From an uncultured bacterium (GTDB lineage: Bacteria > Verrucomicrobiota > Verrucomicrobiia > Verrucomicrobiales > DEV007), in assembly GCA_963977015.1 (NCBI GenBank), contig CAXBMO010000006.1:128001-192000 (forward strand): 64,000 bases of DNA. Reading direction: 5' to 3'. Shown here piece by piece: positions 1-9,342 of this stretch. The number at the start of each line of letters is the position of its first letter. The stretch's first letter is position 1. The notes beneath the pieces are model-generated. The model did not search any database. It was given only the letters and a program-made list of their open reading frames with translations, and had not been told where the DNA came from. Position numbers and translations under genes: made by a program.

Positions 1-306
1 CGCGAAAACGCCGCGATTCGCCGGTCTCAAGGCAGCGAGAACGATCTCGGCAGTCTCGACTTTCTCGACGACTTCGGTTCTTCGTTTGGCGACTCTGACA
101 AAGCCGTTTTTCAGATGAACGCCGATACCCGCGTCATCCAGCAACTCCTCGCCGCGACCGATGGGCCGCGCACGCGTCGCGGAATCCGCGTCCTCTATCA
201 CCTCGCCCTGCTCGCCGCTCGGCAAACGCCCAATCAACGCGAAAGCGCCGCGTTCGAAGACGCCTTCACCGCGCTTTTCGAAATGGGGGAGGGAGGTGCC
301 GAATGA
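1..306 (+). CDS. C-terminal fragment of an HSP90/HtpG-like family protein (5' truncated by window edge)
   Basis: Frame 1 is open from base 1 (RENAAIRRSQ...AVFQMNADTRVIQQLL...VLYHLALL...ESAAF), resembling the LxLNxxNPxIxxL...LYxxALL C-terminus of HSP90-like proteins; stop overlaps the next ATG (ATGA). Confidence 0.55.
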   Translation, partial: RENAAIRRSQGSENDLGSLDFLDDFGSSFGDSDKAVFQMNADTRVIQQLLAATDGPRTRRGIRVLYHLALLAARQTPNQRESAAFEDAFTALFEMGEGGAE

Positions 307-1430
307 GCGAGGATCGATGGGAAACCAGTGCCAGGATCAGCGAGCTGATCGATGATGCCTTTAACGAGAGCAATCATCACCAGCGGGCGCGCCTCTACCG
401 CCAGGCCCTCGCGCTCGCCTATCAACACGGCGATGAGGAGCTCACCCAACGCGCCGCCTTCATGTTCGCGCTCATGAACTCCAGTCTGGGCTATGCCGAG
501 GAAGCGATGCGCGCCTACCTCCCGCACGTCAAAGAGCACCAAATCGTGAATCAGATGTTCGGCGCGGATCGTTACGAAGTCTGGCCCTACATCAAAGTCG
601 TCGAGCATCTCCCCGAATTCCCCGGCATCAACGCGGAACGAATCGAGCGCTATGTCGCCAATCTCTCCGAGCGGGTGCAGGAGCGCTTCAGTTGGCGGCT
701 CGCGGAGTGGAATACCCGTCTCCAGATCGCCAACACCATGGGCGATGCCGTTTCCGCGCGTCGTTGGCTCGACCTGCGCGAACGCGAAGACCGCGAACTC
801 GCCCGCAAGGCCAAACCGTTCGAAGACAACCAGGAACTCGCCATGGAAACCGGCTCTCCCATTTGCGGGGCACGCAGCCGCCAAATGGCGATCGAAACTC
901 TCCTCCTCGAAGGCGAGTATGAAGCGGCGTTTGAGAAGCTCGAGCGTCTTCGCACCATGGCCGGAAGCTGCATGAACATCTGCCGCTCCGCTCCCCATCG
1001 CATCTTCGGCCTCATCCTCCGCCCGCTCCGCGAAAACGGGAAGCTCGATCTCGCCGAAGAAATCCACCAACGCGGCGTCGCCATCGTGCAAGGCAACGGC
1101 GGCCAACTCCGCGCCGTCGGCGAGCACATCCAACACCTCGCGGTCACCGATCGCCCGGAAGCCGCCGCCAAACTCTTCCACGATCACCTCGCCATCAGCT
1201 TCACCTCCGCCACGCCCTATCACCAGTTCCACTTCCTCGCCCACGCCCTCCCGCTCGGCGAAACCGCCTTCAACCAGGTCGCCCTCGAAGCGCTCCCCCG
1301 CGAAATTCGTCGCCCCTTCACCGCTCCCGCCGCCCTCCAATCCTGGGCCGAAGAGCGCGTCCAGCTTCTCGCGCGTCAGTTTGATGCCCGGAATGGGAAT
1401 GCGATGTTTGCGGACGTGCTGAATCGGTAA
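303..1430 (+). CDS. TPR-like helical protein typically paired with HSP90-family gene
   Basis: 375 aa all-helical ORF with SC...PH...LxPL segment and C-terminal LAxxFDARNGN; translationally coupled to the upstream gene. Confidence 0.6.
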   Translation: MSEDRWETSARISELIDDAFNESNHHQRARLYRQALALAYQHGDEELTQRAAFMFALMNSSLGYAEEAMRAYLPHVKEHQIVNQMFGADRYEVWPYIKVVEHLPEFPGINAERIERYVANLSERVQERFSWRLAEWNTRLQIANTMGDAVSARRWLDLREREDRELARKAKPFEDNQELAMETGSPICGARSRQMAIETLLLEGEYEAAFEKLERLRTMAGSCMNICRSAPHRIFGLILRPLRENGKLDLAEEIHQRGVAIVQGNGGQLRAVGEHIQHLAVTDRPEAAAKLFHDHLAISFTSATPYHQFHFLAHALPLGETAFNQVALEALPREIRRPFTAPAALQSWAEERVQLLARQFDARNGNAMFADVLNR

Positions 1431-1493
1431 ATCTACAGAAGGGCTTGTGACCCCTCTGGGGGCGTTGCTTTCTCGCGGGCTCTTGACAAAGGT

Positions 1494-1527
1494 TCCGTGG
1501 GCGACAGGATTGTCGCCTCTCCTTGTT
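1494..1527 (+). repeat. REP element, left copy
   Basis: tccGTGGgcgacaggattgtcgcctctccttgtt: GTGG tetranucleotide followed by hairpin ggcgaca-ggat-tgtcgcc; exact reverse complement of 2191-2224. Confidence 0.9.
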
Positions 1528-1535
1528 GATGAATC

Positions 1536-2192
1536 ATGGATTCGTTTGATGACATGCTGCAGTTTCTTGATGGTCAGGCGGACATCCGGAAGCACGGGGT
1601 CAAACTTCCCCATTGGCAACAGCCCGGCGCTTGCACGTTCGTGACGTTTCGACTGGCCGATTCCATCCCGCGCGAGAAGTTGGAAATCTGGAAGGAGGAA
1701 CGCGAGGAATGGTTGGAGCGTCATCCCAAACCCTGGAACGCGGATACGGAGCAAACCTATCATCGCCAGTTTTCCGGGCAGGTTGAGCGATGGCTCGATG
1801 AATCGCATGGCGACTGTGTCCTGCGGGAGCCGCCGGTTGCCGCGGATCTGGCGGAGGTGCTGGGCTTTCATGAGCCGGATCGCTACCTGCATCACAGCTG
1901 GGTGATCATGCCGAACCACGTGCATCTTCTGTTCACTTTGCATCCCGAAGAATCGCTCGAAGATCGCCTCAAAAATTGGAAAGGCATTTCCGCTCGGCGC
2001 ATCAATCAGCGCTTCGGACGAAACGGGAAGCTTTGGCAACGCGATTACTTCGATCGGTTGATCCGCGACGGGAAGCATTTTCGGAACGTAGCGCGCTACA
2101 TTCGGCGCAATCCCGAGAAAGCGCGACTCGGAGAGGGAAGCTATCGGCTCTACGAGAGTGAGTTGGTGAAGGCCATGCTCGACGACGAGTAA
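1536..2192 (+). mobile_element. REP-associated tyrosine transposase (RAYT, Y1 HUH family)
   Basis: KLPHW...FVTFRLADS, WVIMPNHVHLL (HUH), LWQRDYFDRLIRD, YIRRNP (catalytic Tyr); flanked by REP pair. Confidence 0.92.
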
Positions 2193-2224
2193 CAAGGAGA
2201 GGCGACAATCCTGTCGCCCACGGA
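2191..2224 (-). repeat. REP element, right copy (inverted)
   Basis: aacaaggagaggcgacaatcctgtcgcccacgga; 34/34 reverse-complement match to 1494-1527; overlaps the RAYT stop codon. Confidence 0.9.
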
Positions 2225-2410
2225 GAATGCGCGCAACGGTCGTGCAAACGAGCCAGGAAATTCGGCAAAAGCTTCGAAGTCGAAAGGGTTGTCCTAATTG
2301 AAAGAATGTGAAATTTTTTCTTCCGGTACGAGCGACTCCGTCTGACGACAAAAAATCCTCCAGCGATGCTCGATGGCACCACTGAAGGAAGTTTCGGTTT
2401 GGGGTTTCGA

Positions 2411-2707
2411 TTATGGGCGGGTCAACTTGCGCTTGTGATAAGGCGTCGCCTTGGGAGTGGCTTTGGTTGACAGGGTGAGGCCGATGGTTTGAGGCCGGGG
2501 CTGCGCTTTACTGATCGCTGCTGTGCCTTTGGACCGTTTCGAGGTGGCGGCGGAGTTGGCGGCCACCTTCACCTTGGGATGAGCCACTGCGGGAGTGGTT
2601 TTGGAGGGCGGCATGGCACTTGCGTCGATGCTGAAGAGGGCGCAAAGGCCGGCTGCAGCGATGAGGGTGAAGATGCCGTTGTTCATTTTGAATGTGGATG
2701 TTTTCAT
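2411..2707 (-). CDS. Small secreted Lys/Pro/Thr-rich hypothetical protein
   Basis: Signal-peptide-like N-terminus ending ASA; cationic mature region; A-rich leader upstream of the ATG. Confidence 0.6.
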   Translation of the reverse strand: MKTSTFKMNNGIFTLIAAAGLCALFSIDASAMPPSKTTPAVAHPKVKVAANSAATSKRSKGTAAISKAQPRPQTIGLTLSTKATPKATPYHKRKLTRP

Positions 2708-2806
2708 TGTCTTATTTGTTGTTGTTTTGGTTTATGGTTAGATAGGGAGTTAGGTTTTCCGGGCTGTTGTGTCCCGGGGTTGGGTGTTGGTGAGAGGTGG
2801 TGCCTC

Positions 2807-3295
2807 TCAGGAGAGCGTTCTCAGAGCGAGGACGAAGACGATCGAGGCAGCGAGGGTGCTGATCGTGCGGACGTGGTTCCAGGGGAGCCAGCGTCGCACA
2901 TACTCCTGCCATTCCTGGGTGAGTGCGGGAGCTTCCGGATCTGTCTGGGCCGCCAGCCGATTGTTGAGCGGCACATTGCAGCTCATGGTGATGACAATGC
3001 AGCCGACGAGGTAGAGAACTCCGCCGGAGAATGCCAGCGCAACGGCCGGTGTGCCCCAGTCGCGGATCGCGAGGATCACGGTTGCCAGGCTGGTCAGCGC
3101 CGTTCCGAAAAACAGGAGTATGAACCAGGGATTGATGATGGTCACGTTGATGTGTTGCATCGCCGCAGCGCCATGGATGGGGGGAAGTTTAAGCAGTGCC
3201 TTCATCACAACGTTGGAGAAGGTGAAGAACAGGCCGCTCATCAAGCCGGAGCCGATCGCGCTGGCCAATGTCGTCGCAATGAGGAGGTCCTTCAT
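2807..3295 (-). CDS. DUF1772 / anthrone oxygenase family membrane protein
   Basis: GLFFTFSNVVMKAL...AMQHIN...NVPLNNRL...WLPWNHVRT. Confidence 0.88.
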   Translation of the reverse strand: MKDLLIATTLASAIGSGLMSGLFFTFSNVVMKALLKLPPIHGAAAMQHINVTIINPWFILLFFGTALTSLATVILAIRDWGTPAVALAFSGGVLYLVGCIVITMSCNVPLNNRLAAQTDPEAPALTQEWQEYVRRWLPWNHVRTISTLAASIVFVLALRTLS

Positions 3296-4182
3296 GACAG
3301 AGCTGGAGCGAGGGATGCGGTTGCCGCGGGTTCGCGATTCCAGAGTCCGGCCCGAACCACCTTCTGGCAGTAGGAGGCGAACGACTCGGGTTCTCGGCCG
3401 AGGGCGCGTTGCACTCCGTCGCCAAGGTAGGCGTTCCGGCCATCCAGGACCGAGGTGAAGAGATAGTCGAGGAGGCTGACCAGATCCGGCGGCAGTTGTT
3501 GGGCGAGCAACCCGTTCACAAAGTCTTCCCGCGTGATGGGTTGAAAGTGCAACGGACGGCCCGTCGCCTTCGCAATCTCCGCAACCACCTCGGGGAAGGT
3601 GAGCAGCTCCGGCCCGGTCAGCTCATAAAGCTCACCAATGTGCCGGTCATCGATCAAGGCCGCGACTGCGACGTCGGCGATGTCGTCCGTATCGACAAAG
3701 GGCTCGGCCACCGTCGTTACCGGCAACGCCACGACGCCGTCGAGCACCATGTCGCGCAGGAAGTTTTCGCTGAAGTTCTGGTTGAACCAGCTGCAGCGGA
3801 CGATGGTCGACGCGATCCCGGAATTGCGGACAATCTCTTCGCAACGTTGCGCTTCTTCCTCGCCGCGGCCGGAAAGCAGCACCAGTTTCCGGACGTCCAG
3901 GGTTCGGCAGAGGTCGACCAGCTTCTGGATCTTCTCCGGCGCGCCGGGAGCCGCCAGATCCGGCGTGTAAGAGATGTAGACCGAAGTGATGCCCTGCAGA
4001 GCCGGTCCCCAAGTCGTGGCGTCTTCCCAGATAAAGGGAGGAGTTCCGGAGCGGGAGCCGATGCGAACATTGCGGCCGAGGGCATGAAGTCGTGAGACGA
4101 TGCGCCGACCGGTTTTTCCGGTGCCGCCAAGCACCAGAATCGTTTCGTTTTGAGAGGGATTGGAGTGGGTGTGTTCATTCAT
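3292..4182 (-). CDS. NmrA-like NAD(P)H-binding protein
   Basis: LVLGGTGKTGRR Rossmann motif, WFNQNF, DDIADVA, YELTGP; start reset to ATG at 4182. Confidence 0.88.
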   Translation of the reverse strand: MNEHTHSNPSQNETILVLGGTGKTGRRIVSRLHALGRNVRIGSRSGTPPFIWEDATTWGPALQGITSVYISYTPDLAAPGAPEKIQKLVDLCRTLDVRKLVLLSGRGEEEAQRCEEIVRNSGIASTIVRCSWFNQNFSENFLRDMVLDGVVALPVTTVAEPFVDTDDIADVAVAALIDDRHIGELYELTGPELLTFPEVVAEIAKATGRPLHFQPITREDFVNGLLAQQLPPDLVSLLDYLFTSVLDGRNAYLGDGVQRALGREPESFASYCQKVVRAGLWNREPAATASLAPALS

Positions 4183-4296
4183 GATGGAGAACCATAGTGA
4201 ACAAATTCTGGATAAACAATGCCACTTGGTCTGTCTGTTTTGCTCTTTCGTCCAAAATGGCTGGACTTTGTGGGCGTCATCGATAAAATCGCAGGC

Positions 4297-5280
4297 ATGA
4301 GCAAGGAACCCGCCATCTTCATATCCAAGGATGACGCCATGGAATGCGCCTGGAAGCCCGCCGATCCCCTGGGGGAGGCGCTCCACTCCCTGCGCATGAG
4401 CGGCACCTTCTATAGTCGCTCGGAGCTTACCGCACCCTGGGGAATGGATTTGCCGCCGATGGACGGGACCCTCATGTTTCACACCGTCACTGCCGGAAGC
4501 TGTTGGGTCGATGTTCCCGGCACGCAAAGCCGCCTGCTGCGGGCGGGAGACTTCGCCCTGATTCCCCACGGCGACGGCCACATCATCAAAAGCGACTCGC
4601 AGGCCGAGGCGATCCCGCTCTTCGATGTCCCCCGCACCGTCTGGGGCGATCGCTACGAACACATTCGCTTTGGCGGAGGCGGCGCGGAGACCGGGCTCGT
4701 TTGCGGAGCGGTCCACTTCGAGCATCCCACCGCCGTTCGCCTCATCCAGATGCTCCCCAAGATCATCACGATCGACGCCTCCACTCCCGGCAGCGACTGG
4801 ATTCTCACCACCGTCCGCCTCATGATTTCCGAAGCGCAGGAGATGCGTCCGGGAGGCGACACCGTCATCCAGCGCGTTTCCGACATTCTCGTGATCCAGG
4901 CGATTCGTTCCTGGCTCGATCACGATCCCAAAGCGAAAACCGGCTGGTTGGGCGCTCTTCAGGACGAGAAAATCGGTCACGCCATCATGCTCGTGCACCG
5001 CGATCCCATCGAGCCCTGGACCGTCGCGACTCTCGCTGAACGCGTCGGCATGTCGCGCTCCTCCTTCGCCGCCAAATTCATGGAACTGGTGGGGGAAGGC
5101 CCCATGCAATACGTCCGGCAATGGCGCATGCAGGTCGCCGTCACCTGGCTCAAGGAAACCGACGCCTCAGTTGGCGAAATGGCCGAACGGCTCGGCTACC
5201 AATCCGAAGCCGCCTTCAACCGCGCCTTCAAGAACTTCGTCGGGGAAACCCCGGGAGCGGTGCGTCGCAGAGCTGCGTAA
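4297..5280 (+). CDS. AraC family regulator with N-terminal cupin domain
   Basis: DPLGEAL, FHTVTAGSCW, PWTVATLAERVGMSRSSFA, LGYQSEAAFNRAFK; divergent from NmrA gene; start uncertain (4297 or 4339). Confidence 0.92.
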   Translation: MSKEPAIFISKDDAMECAWKPADPLGEALHSLRMSGTFYSRSELTAPWGMDLPPMDGTLMFHTVTAGSCWVDVPGTQSRLLRAGDFALIPHGDGHIIKSDSQAEAIPLFDVPRTVWGDRYEHIRFGGGGAETGLVCGAVHFEHPTAVRLIQMLPKIITIDASTPGSDWILTTVRLMISEAQEMRPGGDTVIQRVSDILVIQAIRSWLDHDPKAKTGWLGALQDEKIGHAIMLVHRDPIEPWTVATLAERVGMSRSSFAAKFMELVGEGPMQYVRQWRMQVAVTWLKETDASVGEMAERLGYQSEAAFNRAFKNFVGETPGAVRRRAA

Positions 5281-5450
5281 TCGGGAGGCGCAGGAGAGGT
5301 GTTGGTGCGGTTACGGGAAAAGAAAGTCGGGTCGTAATTATTGACTTGCCGCGATGTATTCACATTGTAATCTCAGGAAGCCTAGCATGAAACACGACTC
5401 CAACTGAGGGTGGGGACGTGGTTTGTAACACAACATTTGGAGGAAATTTG

Positions 5451-6761
5451 ATGAACCAAGACCATGAACTGGCTGGCGAGGGCGAGGTGGCGACAGCGGT
5501 CGCGCCAAAGCCCCGATCGGCAAATCCGTATGCGACGCTCAATGCCGAGTCGTTGCGATTGGCAAGAGTGGGGCGTTTTGACGAAGCGCGAGGGTTGGCG
5601 AAAGAAGCGCTGCGACAAGCGGCCAATGGTTCCACGACGACGTTGAGCGACTTCATTGGCTGCCAGATGGCGATGGCGGATGTGTTGCGGTGTCGCGGAG
5701 AACTGGCCGAGGCGATCGATCTGCTCATCATGGCCGTGGACGCGGCCTACACGGCGGATCAGGCGCTGTTTGCAAAGGGGACCGTGGCGTTGGCGCATTG
5801 CATTCACCTGGCCGGGCAGTCGGAAGAGCGACCTTCGTTTGATGGATTCGAGCGGTTTGACCGCAACCTGGTGGCCTCGATGATTGATGAAGCGTTGTTG
5901 GCGCTGGAGGATGGGTTGCCGTCGGATCATCATCGCGTATTGGGCGATTTGGCGGAGTTGGTTCCGCGGAGTTTGGGGTATTCCGACAGTTTATCGCTCC
6001 AGATTTTGACCGGGTTTGCCAGTTTTCTCCAAGGTCAGGAGGAATACGCCCAAATGCGGGTGGATTTGGTCCAGTTGATCGTGGATTCGCGGCGCAAGCG
6101 TGGGGAAGACATGGAGATGTTCGAGGCGATGGAAGCCCTGGCATTGGCGCAGACCGAGGCCGGCCGGACTGAGGATGCGGAAGCGACTTATCAAGAGTTG
6201 ATTGCGGCGTCGAATGGGTTTGGCGCGAAGTCAATGGAGTCTGAGGCGTTGCGCAATTACGGGATGTTTTTGCGCACGATGCGACGTCCGACTGATGAGT
6301 CGATCGAGGTGTTGCTGCAGGCGGTTCAGGCGGGGATCGATTCGCGCGACAAGGAGGTCGAGGGGCGCGCTCGCAGCGTGTATGGCGTGTTTTTGACGCA
6401 TTTGGACGAGGTGACGCGGGCGAAGCTGCAGTTGACGCGGGCGGTGGAGTTGCTGCCGGCCGAGCATCGCGATGCGATTTTGGCCGAGGATCACCTTCAG
6501 GCATTGGAGCTTGGGCGTCCCTGTTCGTGCATGGATTCGCGCGAGGAACTGGTCACCGGAGTGCAGACCTACATTTTGGAACGCGTTCCGGAAGGCGTCA
6601 TCAGCGCGCTCGACGTGCAGATTGATCAGGCTGGAAGGGTCGATTTCGGCCTCGAAGTGACGCGTTCGCTTTCTGAAGAGGAGGTTGCCCAACTGGAGAG
6701 AGTGACCGACGAAGCGCTCGCCGAATTCAGCCTGCAAACCCAGCCGGGTTTGGAGGTTTGA
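5451..6761 (+). CDS. TPR-like repeat hypothetical protein
   Basis: Helical repeats (GRFDEARGL, GRTEDAEATY, ALRNYGMFL); GGAGG Shine-Dalgarno before ATG 5451. Confidence 0.7.
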   Translation: MNQDHELAGEGEVATAVAPKPRSANPYATLNAESLRLARVGRFDEARGLAKEALRQAANGSTTTLSDFIGCQMAMADVLRCRGELAEAIDLLIMAVDAAYTADQALFAKGTVALAHCIHLAGQSEERPSFDGFERFDRNLVASMIDEALLALEDGLPSDHHRVLGDLAELVPRSLGYSDSLSLQILTGFASFLQGQEEYAQMRVDLVQLIVDSRRKRGEDMEMFEAMEALALAQTEAGRTEDAEATYQELIAASNGFGAKSMESEALRNYGMFLRTMRRPTDESIEVLLQAVQAGIDSRDKEVEGRARSVYGVFLTHLDEVTRAKLQLTRAVELLPAEHRDAILAEDHLQALELGRPCSCMDSREELVTGVQTYILERVPEGVISALDVQIDQAGRVDFGLEVTRSLSEEEVAQLERVTDEALAEFSLQTQPGLEV

Positions 6762-6882
6762 ACGCAAAAGTCCGTTGCTGAACGTCGCCATTTCCCCGTT
6801 TGAGTGGGGGATCCCTCCAAAACCAACGCTTGAAACCTGTGTCGGGGCGGGCTAGGGAGCATTCGCTAGGTTTTTCCGCGCT

Positions 6883-7878
6883 ATGAAATACGAAGAGCTT
6901 CACCGCATTTATCATCAACCCTTCTTTGAATTGCTGAAACAGGGGCGTGCCGTTCACGAGGAGAATTGGCCGGAGAACGAGGTGCAGCTTTGCACGTTGC
7001 TCAGCATCAAAACGGGCGGTTGCAGCGAGGATTGCTCCTATTGCGCGCAGAGCGCTCGCTATTCCACCGGCGTTGAGTCGGAGCGGTTGATGGAAAAATG
7101 CGACATCATGGAACGCGCCAAGCAGGCCCGCGACAATGGTTCGACCCGTTTCTGCATGGGCGCGGCGTGGAAGGGCGTTCGCGAAGGAACCAAGCGTTTT
7201 GATCAGGTGCTCGAGATCGTGAACGACGTTTCCCAACTCGGCATGGAAGTCTGTGTCACGCTGGGGGAACTCGGCGCGGAAGAAGCCAGGAAGCTGAAGG
7301 AAGCCGGCGTCACGGCCTACAATCACAACGTGGATACGTCCCCGGAGCATTACGAAAACATCGTCACCACGCACACGTTTCAGGATCGTCTCAACACGAT
7401 TCGCCACGTCCAGGACGCGGGCATGAGCGTTTGCTGTGGCGGAATCCTCGGTCTCGGTGAGACGACGGACGATCGCCTGAAAATGTTGGAGGTGATCAGC
7501 GAATTCAACCCGCAACCGGAGAGCGTGCCGATCAACAGCCTGATGCCGATGCCAGGAACGCCGATGGAAGGGTCCGATCCGGTCACGAACTTCGATCTCA
7601 TCCGCATGATTGCGACCACGCGAATCGCGGTGCCCAAGGCGAAGGTGCGCCTCTCAGCCGGCCGGACCCAGATGAGCGAGGAAACCCAGACGCTTTGCTT
7701 CTTTGCCGGTGCGAACTCGATTTTCTACGGCGAGAAACTGCTCACCGCCGGAAATCCCGGAACGAAGCAGGATCTCGAACTGATTGCGAAGCTGGATTTG
7801 CGGCCGCAAGCACCGAATCGCGATCTTGAAGCCCCCGAGGCGGAAGGATCCAAGGATCTGGAGCCGGCTTTGGCCTAG
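6883..7878 (+). CDS. bioB: Biotin synthase
   Basis: SIKTGGCSEDCSYCAQS radical-SAM motif, RFCMGAAW, YNHNVDTS, RLSAGR, GANSIFYG. Confidence 0.97.
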   Translation: MKYEELHRIYHQPFFELLKQGRAVHEENWPENEVQLCTLLSIKTGGCSEDCSYCAQSARYSTGVESERLMEKCDIMERAKQARDNGSTRFCMGAAWKGVREGTKRFDQVLEIVNDVSQLGMEVCVTLGELGAEEARKLKEAGVTAYNHNVDTSPEHYENIVTTHTFQDRLNTIRHVQDAGMSVCCGGILGLGETTDDRLKMLEVISEFNPQPESVPINSLMPMPGTPMEGSDPVTNFDLIRMIATTRIAVPKAKVRLSAGRTQMSEETQTLCFFAGANSIFYGEKLLTAGNPGTKQDLELIAKLDLRPQAPNRDLEAPEAEGSKDLEPALA

Positions 7879-8783
7879 ACCGGGCTAGACTTATCGAGAA
7901 GGCGAGTTCCTTCGGTTTTGGTCAGTTCGGTGAAGAGGTCGCTCAGGCGGGCGGTGAGATTGCCGGGTGCGAATTCGGTTTCGTCGATTCGCACGACGGG
8001 CGCCAGTTCGCCCATGGTTCCGGTGCAGAACACTTCGTCGGCTGCGTGAATTTCAGCTTCCGGGATGTGGCGAACCTCGTGAGGAATCCCGTGTTGTGCG
8101 CAAAGATTGAGCACGGTGGAACGGGTGATCCCTTCGGGACAGGCATCGGTCGTGGAAGTCAGCACCGTCCCACCTTTGACGAGAAAAACGTGGGTCGCGT
8201 TGGTTTCGGCGAGATTGCCGTCGGTATCGAGCATGAGCGCGTCATCCGCACCGGCGGCATTCGCTTCGAGCTTTGCCAGGATTGAGGTTAGCTGATTGCA
8301 GGAGTGGATGTGCTGGTTGAGGACATTGGCGAATGGGCGTCGAGTTTTTGCGGTGGCAAGGGTGACGCCGCTCTTGTCGTAGACCGGGGGTTTGTGTTCG
8401 GCGAGGATGAAGAAGGAGCAGCCGAGTTGATTGATGCGCGGATCGAGACCGGAGGTGTATTTTTCGCCGCGGCTGACGGTGAGGCGGATGTGGACCTCGT
8501 CGCGCATCGCGTTGGCCTCAAGGGTGCGGCGCAGTTCGTCGATGAGGCGCGTTTCTCCCGGGTAGCCTTCGTAACTCAGCAGGGTTGCGCTCTTGCGAAG
8601 CCGGGCGAGATGCTCGTCGAGTTTGAAGATGCGCCCATCGTAGAGACGAAGCCCTTCCCAGACCGCGTCTCCGTTCTGGACCGACGAATCAAACGGGCTG
8701 ACGCCGGCCTGGTCGCGGTGCATGAGGTTGCCGTTGATGTTGACGATGAGATCGCGATTGGCGGGGTTGTTGGCTTGGAGCAT
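7875..8783 (-). CDS. Aminotransferase class IV-like protein
   Basis: VSPFDSSVQNGDAVWEGLR, ETNATHVF, GITR, ADEVFCTGT; start reset to ATG 8783. Confidence 0.85.
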   Translation of the reverse strand: MLQANNPANRDLIVNINGNLMHRDQAGVSPFDSSVQNGDAVWEGLRLYDGRIFKLDEHLARLRKSATLLSYEGYPGETRLIDELRRTLEANAMRDEVHIRLTVSRGEKYTSGLDPRINQLGCSFFILAEHKPPVYDKSGVTLATAKTRRPFANVLNQHIHSCNQLTSILAKLEANAAGADDALMLDTDGNLAETNATHVFLVKGGTVLTSTTDACPEGITRSTVLNLCAQHGIPHEVRHIPEAEIHAADEVFCTGTMGELAPVVRIDETEFAPGNLTARLSDLFTELTKTEGTRLLDKSSPV

Positions 8784-8850
8784 GGGGTCAGGCAAGGTTG
8801 GTGCTGAGTTTCCGGTGTTCAAATGCGGATTTTGCGCAACGGTCAAAGGC

Positions 8851-9270
8851 GTGACCCGAACCCTTGCCAGTATTGAAGAGACCTTTGCCTTTGGGCGCGA
8901 GATCGCCAACGCGCTCTCGGCCGGTGATGTGATTGCGTTGGTCGGAGACCTTGGCGCGGGAAAAACGCATCTGACCAAGGGCATTGTCGCCGGGCTGGGG
9001 TCGGACGCGGAAGTGACGAGCCCGACGTTCACGCTCGTTCACGAATATGGCGACGGGCGGCTTCCCGCGTTTCACTTCGACTTCTATCGCCTCGATCATC
9101 CGGACGAACTTCTCGCGATCGGCTGGGATGAGTATTGCGAGAGCGACGGAGTGGTGATTGTGGAATGGGCGGACAAGTTTCCCGATCTCATTCCCGGCGG
9201 CGCGACCTGGTGGACGCTGCGGATCGATGGCGAAGCTCGGGTGGCAACCTCGAGCGACACATTTTCATGA
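8851..9270 (+). CDS. tsaE: tRNA t6A biosynthesis ATPase TsaE
   Basis: GDLGAGKT, VTSPTFTLV, HFDFYRL, VEWAD; GTG start inferred. Confidence 0.93.
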   Translation: MTRTLASIEETFAFGREIANALSAGDVIALVGDLGAGKTHLTKGIVAGLGSDAEVTSPTFTLVHEYGDGRLPAFHFDFYRLDHPDELLAIGWDEYCESDGVVIVEWADKFPDLIPGGATWWTLRIDGEARVATSSDTFS

Positions 9271-9342
9271 CGCTGACATCTCTTTTACAACTTCCTTACG
9301 CCCGTCTGACGCTTTCCGCGTCAAATTGAGCATGCTGTCTGC

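Noticed and set aside
234-2351. 705-aa - strand ORF spanning the TPR-like and RAYT genes
   Set aside because: Antisense to two well-supported genes and runs through both REPs; no protein motifs
3292-5121. 609-aa ORF suggesting an NmrA fusion
   Set aside because: N-terminal half is antisense to the AraC gene; the real start is 4182
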